Source of the DNA: Parasitella parasitica NRRL 2501 | Taxonomy: Eukaryota > Fungi > Mucoromycota | Length of the DNA stretch: 64,000 nt | Reading direction: 5' to 3' | NCBI GenBank assembly: GCA_025201805.1 | Contig: MU619319.1 | Location: 87,319-151,318, forward strand | In this document: in pieces, positions 51,482 through 64,000 of the stretch | How positions within the stretch are numbered: the stretch's first letter is position 1 | How the letters are laid out: each line of letters begins with the position of its first letter | Position numbers and translations under genes: made by a program | The notes under the pieces: model-generated | The model's database searches: none | What the model was told of the DNA's origin: nothing | What the model saw: only the letters and a program-made list of their open reading frames with translations

Positions 51482-51563
<82 letters not shown>
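51482..51563 (+). repeat. Poly(A) run, 82 nt
   Basis: Direct observation. Confidence 0.95.
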
Positions 51564-51564
<1 letters not shown>

Positions 51565-52091
51565 GCAGATCATAATCTTCATAAGCTTTAATAATTTATC
51601 AAAAATCGAATCAAGGTACAGCACATCTTTGTTAATCAAAAAGTCTGGCATTTCATATTTCACAAGTTTCAACATGAAATTCTCTTTATAATGCTAGATT
51701 CTGCGTATATACGTTCAGTTACAATAAAGACATTTGTTTTTAGTGAAAAGGCGGTACTAGCACGAAATAAAGTCAATAATCCACCAAAAAGGATTTGTAT
51801 ATGTGGTTCACTAGCACATTTCCTTAATTGCTTTCATTGATCTCCAAGGCTCCTCATCAAAAACTATGCACGATGGTTGGATATGAGAAACTTTTTATTG
51901 CTAGACTTTTCTAGCGAGTGAATTTTCATGTTGTGTACGTATATAATAGAAAAGAGGGGAATAGTGTTATATAGAAGAGTATAAGGAAGGATCATGTATG
52001 ATATGTATGCAATTTAACGTTATAAACAGGAAAACAATAAATACATGGGGCATAAAACAAGATAAGATACAATAAGGGCATATACAAAATG

Positions 52092-53840
52092 TTACTTCTC
52101 GACTTTTCGAATAGCAGCTGTTGGTGTGGAATCATCGTTGATGGTATTATTTCCATCATTGTCATCCATATCAAAATCATGTAATTCAATGACGGTTCTA
52201 TGAGAAGCAATGTTTTCACTGTCCTGTTCATTTGGATCAAGTGGACAGTCTCTCTGTAGGATAACTACAGCTTTTGTTTGATTCATTTGTATTTTCCAAA
52301 CAGTTCTGGCGTCTTGGGTGAACGATCTGATGAGTGTGCCGTTTTCAATATCCCACAAAATGACTTTTCCATCAGATCCACCAGTCAATATACGCTTATC
52401 GTCGTATTGCAGACAAGTAACCGAGTTGTCATGTGCCGATATTCTTTGTTGGCATTCAAATGTGCTCATGTCCCACTTACGCACGTTTCCATCCGAGCCA
52501 CCGCTTACCAAGGTATTAGCTGATAATTGAAGGTGGCCAACAAGAGATGTATGGCCTTGAAGAGTCGCTAAACATGCACCTGTCTCTGGAGACCATACCC
52601 GAATATTAGAGTCAAGCGAGCCTGTCACTACTCTGAGGCCATCGAATGCGATAGCGTAAATTTGCGAATGATGGCCCGTAAATTCATGCAAACATTGACC
52701 AGTCTCTATATCCCAGAGTCGCGCAGTTGTATCGTATGAACCAGAAACAACTTTGTTGCCAGCAATTTCTAAGCACCGAACACTGCCTTGATGGCCTGTG
52801 CACACATGTAGCAGTGCGCCTTGCTCAATGTCCCAAATGCGCAGGGTTGTGTCTCTTGAGCCTGTTACAGCTACTTTTTCGTCTCTGATCTTCAGGCAGC
52901 GAATCGTAGAATTGTGTCCTCTCAACACATGGCGCAACTCGCCAGTATTCAAGTCCCAAACTCTTGCAGCTCTAAGCATATTGATTTTGGTTGGCTACAA
53001 TTTGTTGATAGATTCACGCCCTTACCTGTCGCAGCCTCCTGTAATCAAAACATGCTCATTGTTGATCTCGTTCTTGATGAATTGCAGTGTCCACACTCCA
53101 CCCTCATGGCCTAATAAAGAGCGAATATATTTGCCATTTTTAGCGTCGAATACTTCAATGTGGTTGTTGTCACAGCCGATAACGATGAATGTGTCATCCA
53201 TCTGCAACGACGTAGCAAGTCCCTGGACAACTTGATTCTCGCACGGTGTTACCTTGCCACCCTGATTCCACGCGGCATCGATATTGTATTTTCTGCGGAA
53301 GAAATCACGATATGACATTGGTGGGTGATGCTGCTGTTGTGAAGAATTGTTTGTGAGGAGTGCTTTTGGAAGGTACGTGGTTTGGTTTTGCTGGTATTGA
53401 TGCTTGCGACAAAGCGATTTCCAAGCAGCTTCATCTTTGAGCAGCACGTTCCAATGCTTGGATACATGAGCTGCCCTTGCCAATGTGCGAGCATCATCAA
53501 TGAACGATAGTACATGGAGCGAAAGTTCGATAGGCAGTTCTTTCAAAAAGTCGACCTTCAGTCTTGGTGTGATGAATGTATATATGTACTGCAGTAGCTG
53601 GCTATCACAACAGCCCAGCAGCTCAGTGATGAAGAAATGCCGCTGCGCACCGCTAAGTTGCTGGAATGTACTTTTGACTCGGCCTATGTAGTCTAAGCGA
53701 TCTACATCCAAAATAACATCTACATCGCCTATTGCGTCCATGATGTGTGCTGATTTATGTCTTTGTAAAGGACTGTAAACGTGTGTAGTAGAAGAAAGAG
53801 AAGAAGAAGGTGGTGTTGACGGTGGCGAAGACATGTCCAT
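52092..53840 (-). CDS. CDC4: F-box/WD40 protein, Cdc4/Fbw7-like (2 exons)
   Basis: Dimerisation-like helix, F-box DFLKELPIELSLHVLSFI, then WD40 repeats GHEGGVW, GHNSTIRCL, TGSRDTTLRIWD and GHTSLVGHL. Confidence 0.85.
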
Positions 53841-54606
53841 TTATTGTTGAAGATAATGAAATCTGAAGTGATATAAAGGGGAAAGGGAAAACAAAAATAA
53901 AAACAAAAAGGAAAAAAAAAGAAGGGAGGCAAGCGGTTGAAACGAGCACTAAGAAGCACTCCAGCGCATATCAAGGTGGCATTATTTGGTGGTTTGTTTA
54001 AATTACACACACACCACATTCAATGTACGAATTGCTTTTTTGCACCCAAGGACCCACATTCATGCTGTTGCACAAGAGTGTAAAATATTGGTTCTGCTTG
54101 GATTTCAGACGAATCATGTCATATTAATTAGACCAGCCCAAACAAACATATTTTTATGTCTCGTTGCCAAATTGTCAAGACATGTTGTAAACAAGTACAC
54201 CTGGCTTTAGGCGTCCGGGTAGGTATAGCATGCTAGTATCGATCTTGGGATGATGCGTTCATGAGGAAGTTGGTAGTGTTGAAGTAGCTGAACCCTCTAT
54301 GATCTTGGAAGAGATTGCATCAAGTCGTATAAAAACGTTTGCACCAACTTCCATAATGATTTGTATTGCCATAAAAATTGATGTTTTTTTTTTGCAATCG
54401 TCTCAATCAATTTAATTTAGAATGTCATTACAGTAACTGCCTTTTTCAATTAAGGGGAATACTACATGTAGCATTCAAGCTCCGGAGGATTCTCTGTGGT
54501 ATAATATGCCGTCTATTTGATGGCTATATAAAGAAGAGTCTTTTTTCTTTTTTCTTCTATTCCTCTCTTTCTTCTCTCTTCATCTTTCTCGGATAGAAAA
54601 ACAAAC

Positions 54607-57053
54607 ATGAAGAATTCGACAAAGGAAAGAAGTCCGACAAACAGCGTTGGTAAGTAATACATGCAATTCAGACGATCTGTCAGGGAGATGTGCCTAACAC
54701 GCCCACAGCGCATTCAACTACAGTCCGTGTTGATGATAGCAGCGATGATGAGCAGCAGGATGATTATTTGCCCCCCGATCTCATCGTAAATGAACGTCAA
54801 TCACTGCTTCTGGGCCTAGATCAGCACAACTTTCCAAGATACATGACCGCTTCCCCTTGTAAGTTTCATTATAAAACACAGAGCAACAAACCAGAAGCTA
54901 AGCTTTTGTGAACAGTACCTTCAGCTCGTATCAATGATAGCTCACCAAAAGATGCATGGAGTACATTCAAGGTTAGGTCAAAATATTATCTTCCTATCTT
55001 GCAATGGTTGCCACTCTATACCGGCAACTTACTGCTGGGCGATCTTATTGCCGGAATTACTCTATCATGTCTGTTGATTCCACAAGGTTTGTCTTACGCT
55101 ACGGCTCTTTGTAAACTAGAAGCTGTTCATGGTTTGTATGCTATTGCTTTTCCGGCCATAACCTATGCTATTTTTGGCATGTCTAGGTACAAACAAACAT
55201 ACACAAACATCATAGCGTGTCAACTGACCCTAAAATAGACAAATGTCAGTGGGGCCTGAAGCTACCCTCTCGTTGCTAGTTGGATCTTCTATCGCTCAGG
55301 TAAATCATGCCGCTGATGGGGAGAACCATGTGGACGCTTTGGCCTGGGCTTGCCTGATGACGATCTTTGTTGGCATCTTTACCTTTTTGCTGGGCATCTT
55401 CAGATTAGGCTTTCTGGACAGCTTGATGAGTCGAGCTCTTTTGCGTGGCTTTATCTCGGGTGTCGGCCTCGTCGTTGCGCTGCAACAAGGCATCATCTTG
55501 CTTGGACTTGTGCATCTCAGCGAGGAAAATGGCATCACTGAAGCCTCAAGCTCCATTGCTCGTCTCTTGTTCTTGATCAGAAATATCCAGTATTCCCACG
55601 TTTTAACAGCATCCGTGTCCGCGGCCTCTGTAGCATTTCTGATGTTGGCTCGTGTCACCAAATCCAAGTTGGCAAGATTCAGATGGTTCCAGCTGCTGCC
55701 TGAAGTACTGCTGGTTGTTGTTGTGTCGTCGGTTCTTACCTACTTTTGTGATTGGGAAAACAAAGGGCTGGCAATCCTTGGTACAATCGAAGGCAAAGGA
55801 ATCCCCCTGCCTTCACTTCCAGCCTTCCCCGATAGCAAGCACATGAAGGATTTGCTAATCACTGCTGCCATGATTGCCATTATTGGCTTTGTCGAGTCTG
55901 TTGTCATTGCAAAGACGTACAGCAGTAAGCACAATTACTCTGTAAGCGCAAACAGAGAGCTTGTTGCATTAGGGGCAGCAAATATGGTTAGCGGCCTTTT
56001 CCAAGGCATTCCTGCATTTGGATCAGTAAGTTATTGACAAGAGTTGACAAAAAATGTTACTTAATTGCCCCTTATTCTTGAAATATCCTCTATATTTGTG
56101 TAGGTAGCACGTAGTAAAATTAATGATAAAGCCGGCGCACGAACGCAAATGGCATGCTTGATTGCTGGCGTAGTTGCTCTGTTTGCCATTTTCTTCTTAC
56201 TGCCCTACTTTTACTACTTGCCCAAATGTGTGCTATCTGCCATTATCTTTGTTGCCGTCCTTTCTCTGCTCGGTGAATTGCCCGAGGATCTCCACTTTAT
56301 TTTCAAGATTGGCGCCTGGAGAGACCTAGGGTTGTTGCTGGTAACATTTTTCGCTACCATTGTTATTTCGCTTGAGTTTGGGACACTACTTGCCGTTACG
56401 CTGTCTCTCCTCCTAACAATCAAGGAAACAAGTTATCCCCGCATATCTATCATGGTAAGGGAATGACATCCCAAGTGTTTTCATAATACTTATTAAACCT
56501 CTTCTATAGGGACGAGTTAAGGGTACAAACAATAAATTTAGACCTATTCAGGATGACCCAGATGTGGTGGAGCATTTGGAAGATGTTCTCATTGTTCGTA
56601 TTGACGAGCCCCTATTTTTTGCGAATACTGGCCAGCTCAAAGACAGACTGCGTCGCCTGGAACAATTTGGTGACATGTCGATTCATCCTTCTGAAAGCCC
56701 TCGTCTGGGCGGCCTTTCTTACATGATTTTCGATGTGGATAATATGCCTACGATTGACGCCAGGTAACCTTGTTGTGTTTCATGATTTATGTATACCGAA
56801 TACCCGACTCACCCTTCTCTTTTTCGCTAGCGCTGTCCAGATCCTCTATGAAATTGTTGAAGCGTACCACGCAAGAGACATCAGAGTGTATTTTGTGAGG
56901 CTCAGAGAGAAACCCATGGCATTGTTTAGAAAATCTGGCTTACTGGAGGTCGTGGGTCAAGTTAATCTGTTCAGAAAGGTGTCAGATGCCATTGAAACAA
57001 TTGAGAAAGACATGGTGAATAATAGCAGCTCCACTCCTTCTCTTCACCAATAG
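54607..57053 (+). CDS. SLC26/SulP anion (sulfate) transporter with STAS domain, paralogue 2
   Basis: Same motifs as paralogue 1, with long identical peptides such as ELPEDLHFIFKIGAWRDLGLLL. Confidence 0.93.
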
Positions 57054-58702
57054 CTTTTTATCTTTTTCTGTGATACCCCCATCATCGTATTTCTTCTTTT
57101 TCTTTGTCTCGCTGTCCCCCCTTAACTATTATGAGCATATATATATTTATATATATAAATAAATATTAGTTCTTCTCAGATTCTTAAATATTCCATATTT
57201 TGCAAATTTGTATGGCTCCTTTCTTCTAAATGACGAAGAAAACGTTTCATTCTGTATATTAAATATCCCCTGACTTTTTCTTTCGAAACGAAAAAGTGCA
57301 TTTTCATCGTTGATCGATACAGAATCACAGCAAGCTACACTCCATGTACCAAGGGCACATCTTCAGAGGCAGCAATAAAGTGGTGCCATGCATTCAATCC
57401 TCATGACAGCACACATAGAAACATGTTGTTGATGCTCATTTAATAGCATTACATGGTTGCATCTGTAATTCCCAGCGCGGTCGAACGAGCATTAGAGCAT
57501 CATGATGCCTGAATCAGCACAGCGTTTAGAAATCTGTAAAATTACATACGCACAACATTGAGGCATCCTCTTTCATTAGCGTACAGTATAACGTGCGCCT
57601 TTCATTTACAACTAGCCCATGCATGTAGTACATTACAAAGCAACCGATTTAAAGCTTTGATAAAGAATACGAAAGCAATCCCTTTCATTTTGATTTGCTC
57701 CTATGCAACTTGCGATCTCACTTGCGACTCTCGGTTATAATCCATTTATAGCGAAACAGAAATAATTGCACAGGAGAATACAGAAGCATACGTAAAATAG
57801 GCCATCCCGCGTTCCCATGTGGCCTCCCTTTTCGATAATTATTTTTCCCAAAGATTACTAGCTTATGATGATAGCCTGATGTTTTTTTTTTTTCTTTTTT
57901 TTTCCCTACTGAATGCCATTTTTGATAGACTCTTGTGTTGGAAACTATCCATATCATGATTTAACCTATAGCAGCTTTTGTTCGACATTGATTCCAGCTT
58001 GACCAAAGGCATGCTTTCTTATTATTTTTCACTTTTTTCATTTTTCAAATATTACTGACAGTATATCATTCTGCCTGTAAACTTAAAACATAGAATATAG
58101 CAGTTCCCTTACATGACAAACTCCTTGAAAACGGGGCGAACTTTACAACAATATTGTTTTTTTTTTCCATCAAGGTCAATTTGAGTGAAAATGTGTACTG
58201 GGCCCAAAATAAAAGCATCTTAATTCATCTTGTACGGATAAAAATAATCTCATGTACATTGTAACATGCTTTAAAGGTAACATTTTTCGTAATAAAGAAA
58301 ATTCGCAAATATTACTCCTATTCATTTTTCTTGATTTAATATAAAAAACATAATTGATATGTCGATTTCTTCTTTCCAACATTTTCACATATTGCTGGAC
58401 CCTTTTTTCTTTGGATGATCAGCATTTAAAATCAAATTTATTTTTAACATTTTCGAGAGACCCTTTTTGTTGCTGCTGATCACACTTTGTAAAACAAAAA
58501 ACGCGGGCATCCACTCCATTGATGATATTAACATTTGCACATTTCTCAATCTTACTTTTGCTACAAAAAAATTCGACAAAAAAGTTAATTTTTTCGGGAA
58601 AATCAACCAAAAAAAGGAAAAAAAAAGATCAGCAATTCATGTAAGCCATCATTGTAATTACGTTAGAGCAGTAATTGACTTTATAGACAATCAGTGTAAA
58701 AA

Positions 58703-58906
58703 ATGCAATCATCATCTAGCAGAAAAAATTGGAGGAAGCCTCGGCCTCCTCTGCCACCAAGACCACCTCAACCAAATCCCTCAACTCCACCTACAAATGC
58801 AATTCAGCATCATCCATCTAAATCTACATTAAAAAATCTATTCAGAAAGTGGGTGTTATGTTGCCCATCAAGCAGCAAACACACACATCTACATGCTACT
58901 ATATAA
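58703..58906 (+). CDS. Possible small Pro-rich protein
   Basis: ATG in AAAAATG context; RKPRPPLPPRPPQP...LFRKWVLCCP; no recognised family. Confidence 0.3.
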   Translation: MQSSSSRKNWRKPRPPLPPRPPQPNPSTPPTNAIQHHPSKSTLKNLFRKWVLCCPSSSKHTHLHATI

Positions 58907-60187
58907 GTACAATTATCCACAATTGACAGATATACCATTCATTTTCATTTATACCCACTTATATCACTGATCATCTGCCCTATTTTCAAAATCTACCTCA
59001 CTCTCATTGACGATACTTTTCTTGCCTTTCATTCATCTCTTTTCATTTATTTATTTACTTTATAAAAATTGTATTTTTTCAGCTAAAGCAACTACTAAAA
59101 CTATCTTATTTTATACACCAAAAATATATTCTTACCCCAAATGAAAACTTTATATATATGCATATATGCTACTTATGCGTGCAATGCCCTCATGAAACAA
59201 TAAACGAAACATGATTTATGTAGTATTTATATATATGGAATAGTGCTATTTGGGGAACTGCACAAACGTCAGGATTCAAGAAGATTCCTGTAATACAGAA
59301 TTTAAGTAAAAAAAAAAAAAAAAAAAGACTTGGCGATGGCTGATAGATTGTTAAATGTACCATAATTTTGACTCCTGCTTTGCGTGTTCCTTGACAGTGT
59401 CATACAGAATTGTTTTACGACAGCTTCTTCCAGGCATTGTATTTCAAGACCTCGTGTTTGACTAAAAAGTATATGCACGGGCCATTTTCAGGTAGTCATG
59501 GCTACTATGTAGATATGTAGTCTTCAGAAAACTGTTCCATATAAACAGAGCAGCAACTATTTCATTTTATTTATGCTGTTTGTACTACTTGATAATACAT
59601 AATAACGCATATGGAACCTGGAAAACAACTTTAGCGCTCCTGTTTTAGTGTAACAGCTTACTTTTGTGTGTTCTCGGATTAGATGGTTAAGGGGCGCATA
59701 AAATACTCAATAACAGGAGCGATTCAAAAGTCCATAGGTTTGTGATGCAAAAATAAACCTGTATTTTTGAATCGAGTGACTAAATCAAGATGATGGATTT
59801 CATAAACGAGTTGCATCTTGAGATTTCGAGTGCCATTTTTGGTCATTTGATCCGACATTGTGCCTGAATCTGTCATAATTAGTTTCTTTTTTTGGAAAAT
59901 CTTGATAAAGCTGCCATCCCACAAATTTATTATCTGACAATTTGGTTTAAAATAAGCAAAAAACAAGCTGTATACACTAAAAATTCTAATTGAAAACGCC
60001 AGTATTTATGATGGGCAATATTTTAGCCTAGATATTAGAACACCTGTCCAAATATCAAGCTTATTTGGTTCGCAAGTCTGCCTCCCATCCTACAAAAAGC
60101 TTAAATTTAAGAGACTGCTTTTCATTCGCATTACAAGTAGTGAGCCACCCACTCTTTTTTTTTTCATCTTGTGCCAAGATACTTACT

Positions 60188-61019
60188 ATGATGGAGCAAT
60201 CAGCACCGGTACCAGAGTTTGGTGACTTTGATTATATCGCTGAACGAGAGCAAGAAGTGAAAGCACATGTAGGAAGTATCTCTTTTGAAGGTTTAGCTGA
60301 GCCTATTTTACTCGCCCAAGATTTGAGTGGAGGATGTGGTGGCAAAATATGGGAATGCGCCAACATCATGGTTGATTATTTCATTTGGAAAAACAATCAA
60401 TTAAACGGAAAACTATTTAAAAATCAAAAAATTGTCGAACTTGGGTCTGGGACAGGTCTGGTTGGGTTGGCCGTTGCAAAATTGTGTCCTGAAATAAAGC
60501 AGATGGTGATAACAGACCAATTGTAAAACAAGAACACAATGTTTATATGAACTTACCAAATTGTTAACTTTTCCTTATACGTCTAGACCAATGATTGGTT
60601 TGATGAAAGAGAATATTAAGCTCAATCATCTTGAACATTCTGCAACAGCAGAAATACTGAACTGGGGTGAAGCGATATCAAATCACTCTCAGGTCTTGGA
60701 CGCAGACGTGATTTTAGCTTCTGACTGCATCTATCTCGAGATAGCATTTATACCTTTATTGGAGACTTTCTTTGCATTAACCAACAAACCATCTTCAGTA
60801 ATCTATTTGGCCTACAAGAAGCGTCGAAATGCTGACAAGCTTTTCTTTCAAGCAGCTAGGAAGAAGTTTGTTTTTACAGAGGTAACAGAAGACCCGAAAA
60901 TGAAAGTATATGCTAGAGATAAATCTCATTTGTTTTGCGTGACAAGAAAGCCTTTAAACCAGCATCAATTACAAGATTTACAAAAGGTAAAAAGTAAGAT
61001 TAAAATGGCGGAAGCTTGA
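60188..61019 (+). CDS. EFM6: Protein-lysine methyltransferase, METTL21/Efm6-like (2 exons)
   Basis: GCGGKIWE, IVELGSGTGLVG, ITDQ, LNWG, ASDCIY and YKKRRNAD. Confidence 0.85.
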
Positions 61020-61346
61020 TAATAGTGAATAAAACGAATGTTATGTCTGTTAATTCAAAAGACATGCGTTGAGGGATCCTGTTTGTTACGCTAGTTTGAA
61101 TCTCAAATCGCTTAAAATCGATTCTTATCTGAATTATCCAAAATATACAAGATCGATAGTAATTCAACTCTAAAATGTATATTTTCATTAAGGCACAAGT
61201 AGGAGCTGCACGTAAATCGGCAAGATATGCTTGCAACACATTTTTATTTTCTCTATCCAGGAAATCCTTCCTACATTGTATGTGCATCGACTTGCATGTA
61301 TGTCCAGTAGCCACTAAAATATTCTTTTAAAATTTCGTTTAAACTT

Positions 61347-61640
61347 GAGCTCTATCGTGGTTTACAAGACGCAATTGCGCATGATGATAGGGACACCAAC
61401 TCACTTGCTTAAGGTAAAACTTCCTAGCTCCTTCATTGGAGGACCAAGACATAGGGCTCAATTATATCAAGACTTAATAAGTATTGTAAGACGGCTCGGC
61501 AAGCCTGAATACTTTATAACATTCACCTGCAACCCTAAATGGCCAGAAATACAAAATGAGCTTTTGTTTGGACAAACTGCTGCTGACCGATCAGATCTAT
61601 GCTCAAGAGTGTTTCGACTGAAATTGAAAGAAGTATATAT
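61347..61640 (+). mobile_element. Helitron RepHel fragment (Helitron_like_N), frameshifted and truncated
   Basis: ELYRGLQDAI (frameshift) LPSSFIGGPRHRAQLYQD...RRLGKPEYFITFTCNPKWPEI...DRSDLCSRVFRLKL. Confidence 0.92.
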
Positions 61641-62164
61641 ATTATACCTTTATACAGTACATAAATGTTATTTCCACTCATTGCTTTTTATTTCGTTTAA
61701 TTTAGCATTGCATTATCGTATTTTCAAATCAAACTCACAAAATTGACCTAGTCAATCTCACAAAAATTACTTATCGAACCGACAGTACTTAGGAATAACA
61801 ACTTTGATAAAGAAAATCATTTTATTCAATAAAATATAACACTAATTTTCAAACGTGAGATTTTCTTGATCTGCCATAATGTAGGTTAGGAGATCGTGAT
61901 AGTGTACTTCAATTAAAGATTGGAGATTGTCCAATGATGTGTTGTTATACTTGTCGAAACAGGAGAATAAAGTCTTTGTTTCAAATCAGGAAGGTTATCT
62001 GTAACACAGATCTGTATGATTGACAAACAATAAGGTACTGTCAGATCAAAGATCAATAGCCTTGTAGTATAATAATACATCGTACCCTGTTAAGGATATG
62101 ATGTTGCTTGCAAATTATTCTTATCGATTACTATCGACTAGTATTTGAAATAAGTCACCAAAAA

Positions 62165-62300
62165 TTTATGTTGTAATAAAAAGTATAAATAGCAGATGCA
62201 AAGTTGAATCTTTAATAAAGTAATCTCAAGTTTTCCTATTTCGTTAATTCAACGTTTTATATTATACTTTTCTTATTTCGATCTTGCAGATCTCAACATA
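62165..62300 (+). repeat. Dispersed repeat family, copy D
   Basis: TAAAAAGTATAAATAGCAGATGCAA (62177-62201) is the exact reverse complement of 39956-39980; gapped similarity continues to about 62300. Confidence 0.85.
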
Positions 62301-62539
62301 CTTATTATTTCTGGAGATAGAGTACTAGCGCAAGTTGCAATTATGAATATAGGCCTTTAGTAGCAAAGCAGCTATTTCAATTGAGGAGCAAAACGTGAAC
62401 TCCATAAGAAATCTAGTTATGTATAAATATGAATCAATGGCCAAGATGTTGTAAAATATGACTTTAATAGTTATTTTTATGTATCTTTATGTTTTGGTTA
62501 AAATAAATGCTACCTAATTATGACCATCACCTTTTTCCC

Positions 62540-64000
62540 CGCTTAAAAGCATAATCTACAATCTTTGATATCTTTGCATACTATTAAGCGATAGAGACAC
62601 AACCTTCAGCCAAAATCTTCTTCTTTTTGAAGCATTTTACAACATATCCAAGTTTTATGCATGTATGGCCATGTTTCAGGTTTTGCTATGTTTGGACCCT
62701 AAACCTCATATTCGATTTTCAGTTTTCAACTTTGGGTCAACCTTCAGGGTCATTTTTAGGTACGGATTTGGGGTCCAAGGCAAGTATACACCCAAGTACC
62801 GGTATGATAACTGTACATAACCACGTCTTCTGATTCTCGATATCTATCTTTGCTGTTAAGATATTCCCAAAACCAAATTTTTCAAATTTTTCAAATTTTA
62901 CAGCATATGTTCCTATAACAAGTACCAAATTGTACAATTAAATCATGCTCGAGTTCCTAAGTAAAGTAATAAAGCACGTTTTGGTACATCTTCTGGTAAT
63001 AAACATGTCATATTTAAGCTCGAATTCAACAAGCTTGGGTCAATTTTGTCTTTTTAGGTTAAACTTTGTTCCCCTGTTTCTCAAAAAACTACTATGACAC
63101 TTTGGCTTGAGTGATTATTAAAATCTTTTTGAAACCTAATCCTCTACTAGATTTATTAGTCTTTACATATATATGTTCAAAAAAATATTTTTTCATATGT
63201 TTTTAGCAAAAGCTTAATTTATTTTCGTAACTTACAGAGCAATAAATGGTACATAAGGATACATGATATAGCAATACAAAAATAAAGCTACAACATAGCT
63301 AAAGAAAGGTTTTTGTTTGGTCAAAAAATACCAATTTCTGAGAGAGAAAATTTCGAAAAACGGAATTGATTTTTACCCTTTTGAATGGCTTCATTTTGGC
63401 CCTCTAAGTATAGGACCGAAAAATTGTAGATGCATTTTGGTCGAGACAAAATTTTGATTTTTGGCAGATATAATGAAGCTACAGTTATGAACAAGATATT
63501 GATGTGTAGGTATTGACATGATGGTTTGGTTGATCAACTTTATAGAGCTGAATGTGCTCAAAATATGCTTGATTTTATTCAAAAACTATCAAAAAAGGCG
63601 TTTTTTGAATATTTGAAAAGTGGTATTAAGAAAAGATGCTTCTATACCCTTGCAATTTATATGGTTGGATGCAGAATTTATTTCTTGTCATAAAACACTT
63701 AGTAAGCATATCCGATATACCTATTGCGTTTATGAGATATCTAGCAATGAACCATGTGCAAAAAGCTCGAAATTTGGTTTGGGTCAAATGGAAATACAGT
63801 GCTGAGATTCAATCTACGGCCTTTTTTTTCGCTGTAAATGAGTCCAACACCTATTTTCAATTGAAGAGCAAAAAGCATGACTCTAATAGGCACCTTGCGT
63901 ATGTCTCCATATGAATCGATAACTGAGATACTGCATAATACGGGCTAAAACCATTTTTGTATACCTTTATTTTTGGATGAAATAAATACCATCAAATCTG
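62540..64000. mobile_element. Possible non-autonomous DNA element (non-coding, runs off the window)
   Basis: Gene-free, many A/T runs, local inverted repeat TTGGACCCTAAA (62692-62703) / TTTGGGGTCCAA (62767-62778); no termini identified. Confidence 0.25.

Noticed and set aside
36138-51563. Long poly(A) runs as retroposon tails
   Set aside because: No target-site duplications or shared upstream body were found; shorter A/T runs are everywhere, and lengths may be assembly-inflated.
51380-51580. TGATCTGCG / CGCAGATCA inverted 9-mer around a poly(A) run
   Set aside because: Too short and not extendable collinearly; no TSD.
4142-53840. Four cullin-ligase receptor-like genes, or sulfur/thiol genes, as a functional cluster
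   Set aside because: They are scattered among unrelated housekeeping genes; these families are large enough for chance co-occurrence.
1-64000. tRNA, rRNA, CRISPR array, ribozyme cores
   Set aside because: No cloverleaf/T-loop context, rRNA-like sequence, spaced direct-repeat array or intergenic hammerhead core was seen by eye; a covariance-model scan would be needed to exclude them.

Overview
AT-rich, gene-dense eukaryotic DNA with many short (about 50-100 nt) GT-AG introns. Gene content and style point to a Mucorales (Mucoromycota) fungus; this is inferred, not searched. About 25 protein-coding genes were reconstructed by hand: Usv1-type C2H2 factor, F-box/ZnF-UBP/DUSP protein, NELF-B (COBRA1) homologue, EFL1, a secreted Cys-rich peptide, PTC7, RPL19, an LRR/BC-box protein, GDSL esterase, secreted Gly-rich protein, MAPEG, two SLC26/SulP paralogues, SHMT, a Raf1/DIM-9-like Myb-WD40 protein, a zinc-knuckle microprotein missed by the ORF track, a pseudokinase, GH125, an ACBD5/Atg37-like protein, HAS1, an unknown-function protein, MCMBP, a Cdc4-like F-box/WD40 protein and an EFM6-like methyltransferase. 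Intergenic DNA holds decayed mobile elements: an L1-like LINE endonuclease fragment, a Helitron Rep fragment, probable Fanzor (TnpB-like) relics, one with a structured 3' flank, and a dispersed non-coding repeat family. There is a 905-nt assembly gap and four long poly(A) runs. No tRNA, rRNA or CRISPR array was seen. Best leads: (1) an F-box protein apparently built from USP20/33-type deubiquitinase modules without the catalytic domain; (2) a fungal NELF-B; (3) a Fanzor 3' end with a possible omegaRNA scaffold nested among LINE fragments. All homology calls rest on motif recognition by eye, with no database search.
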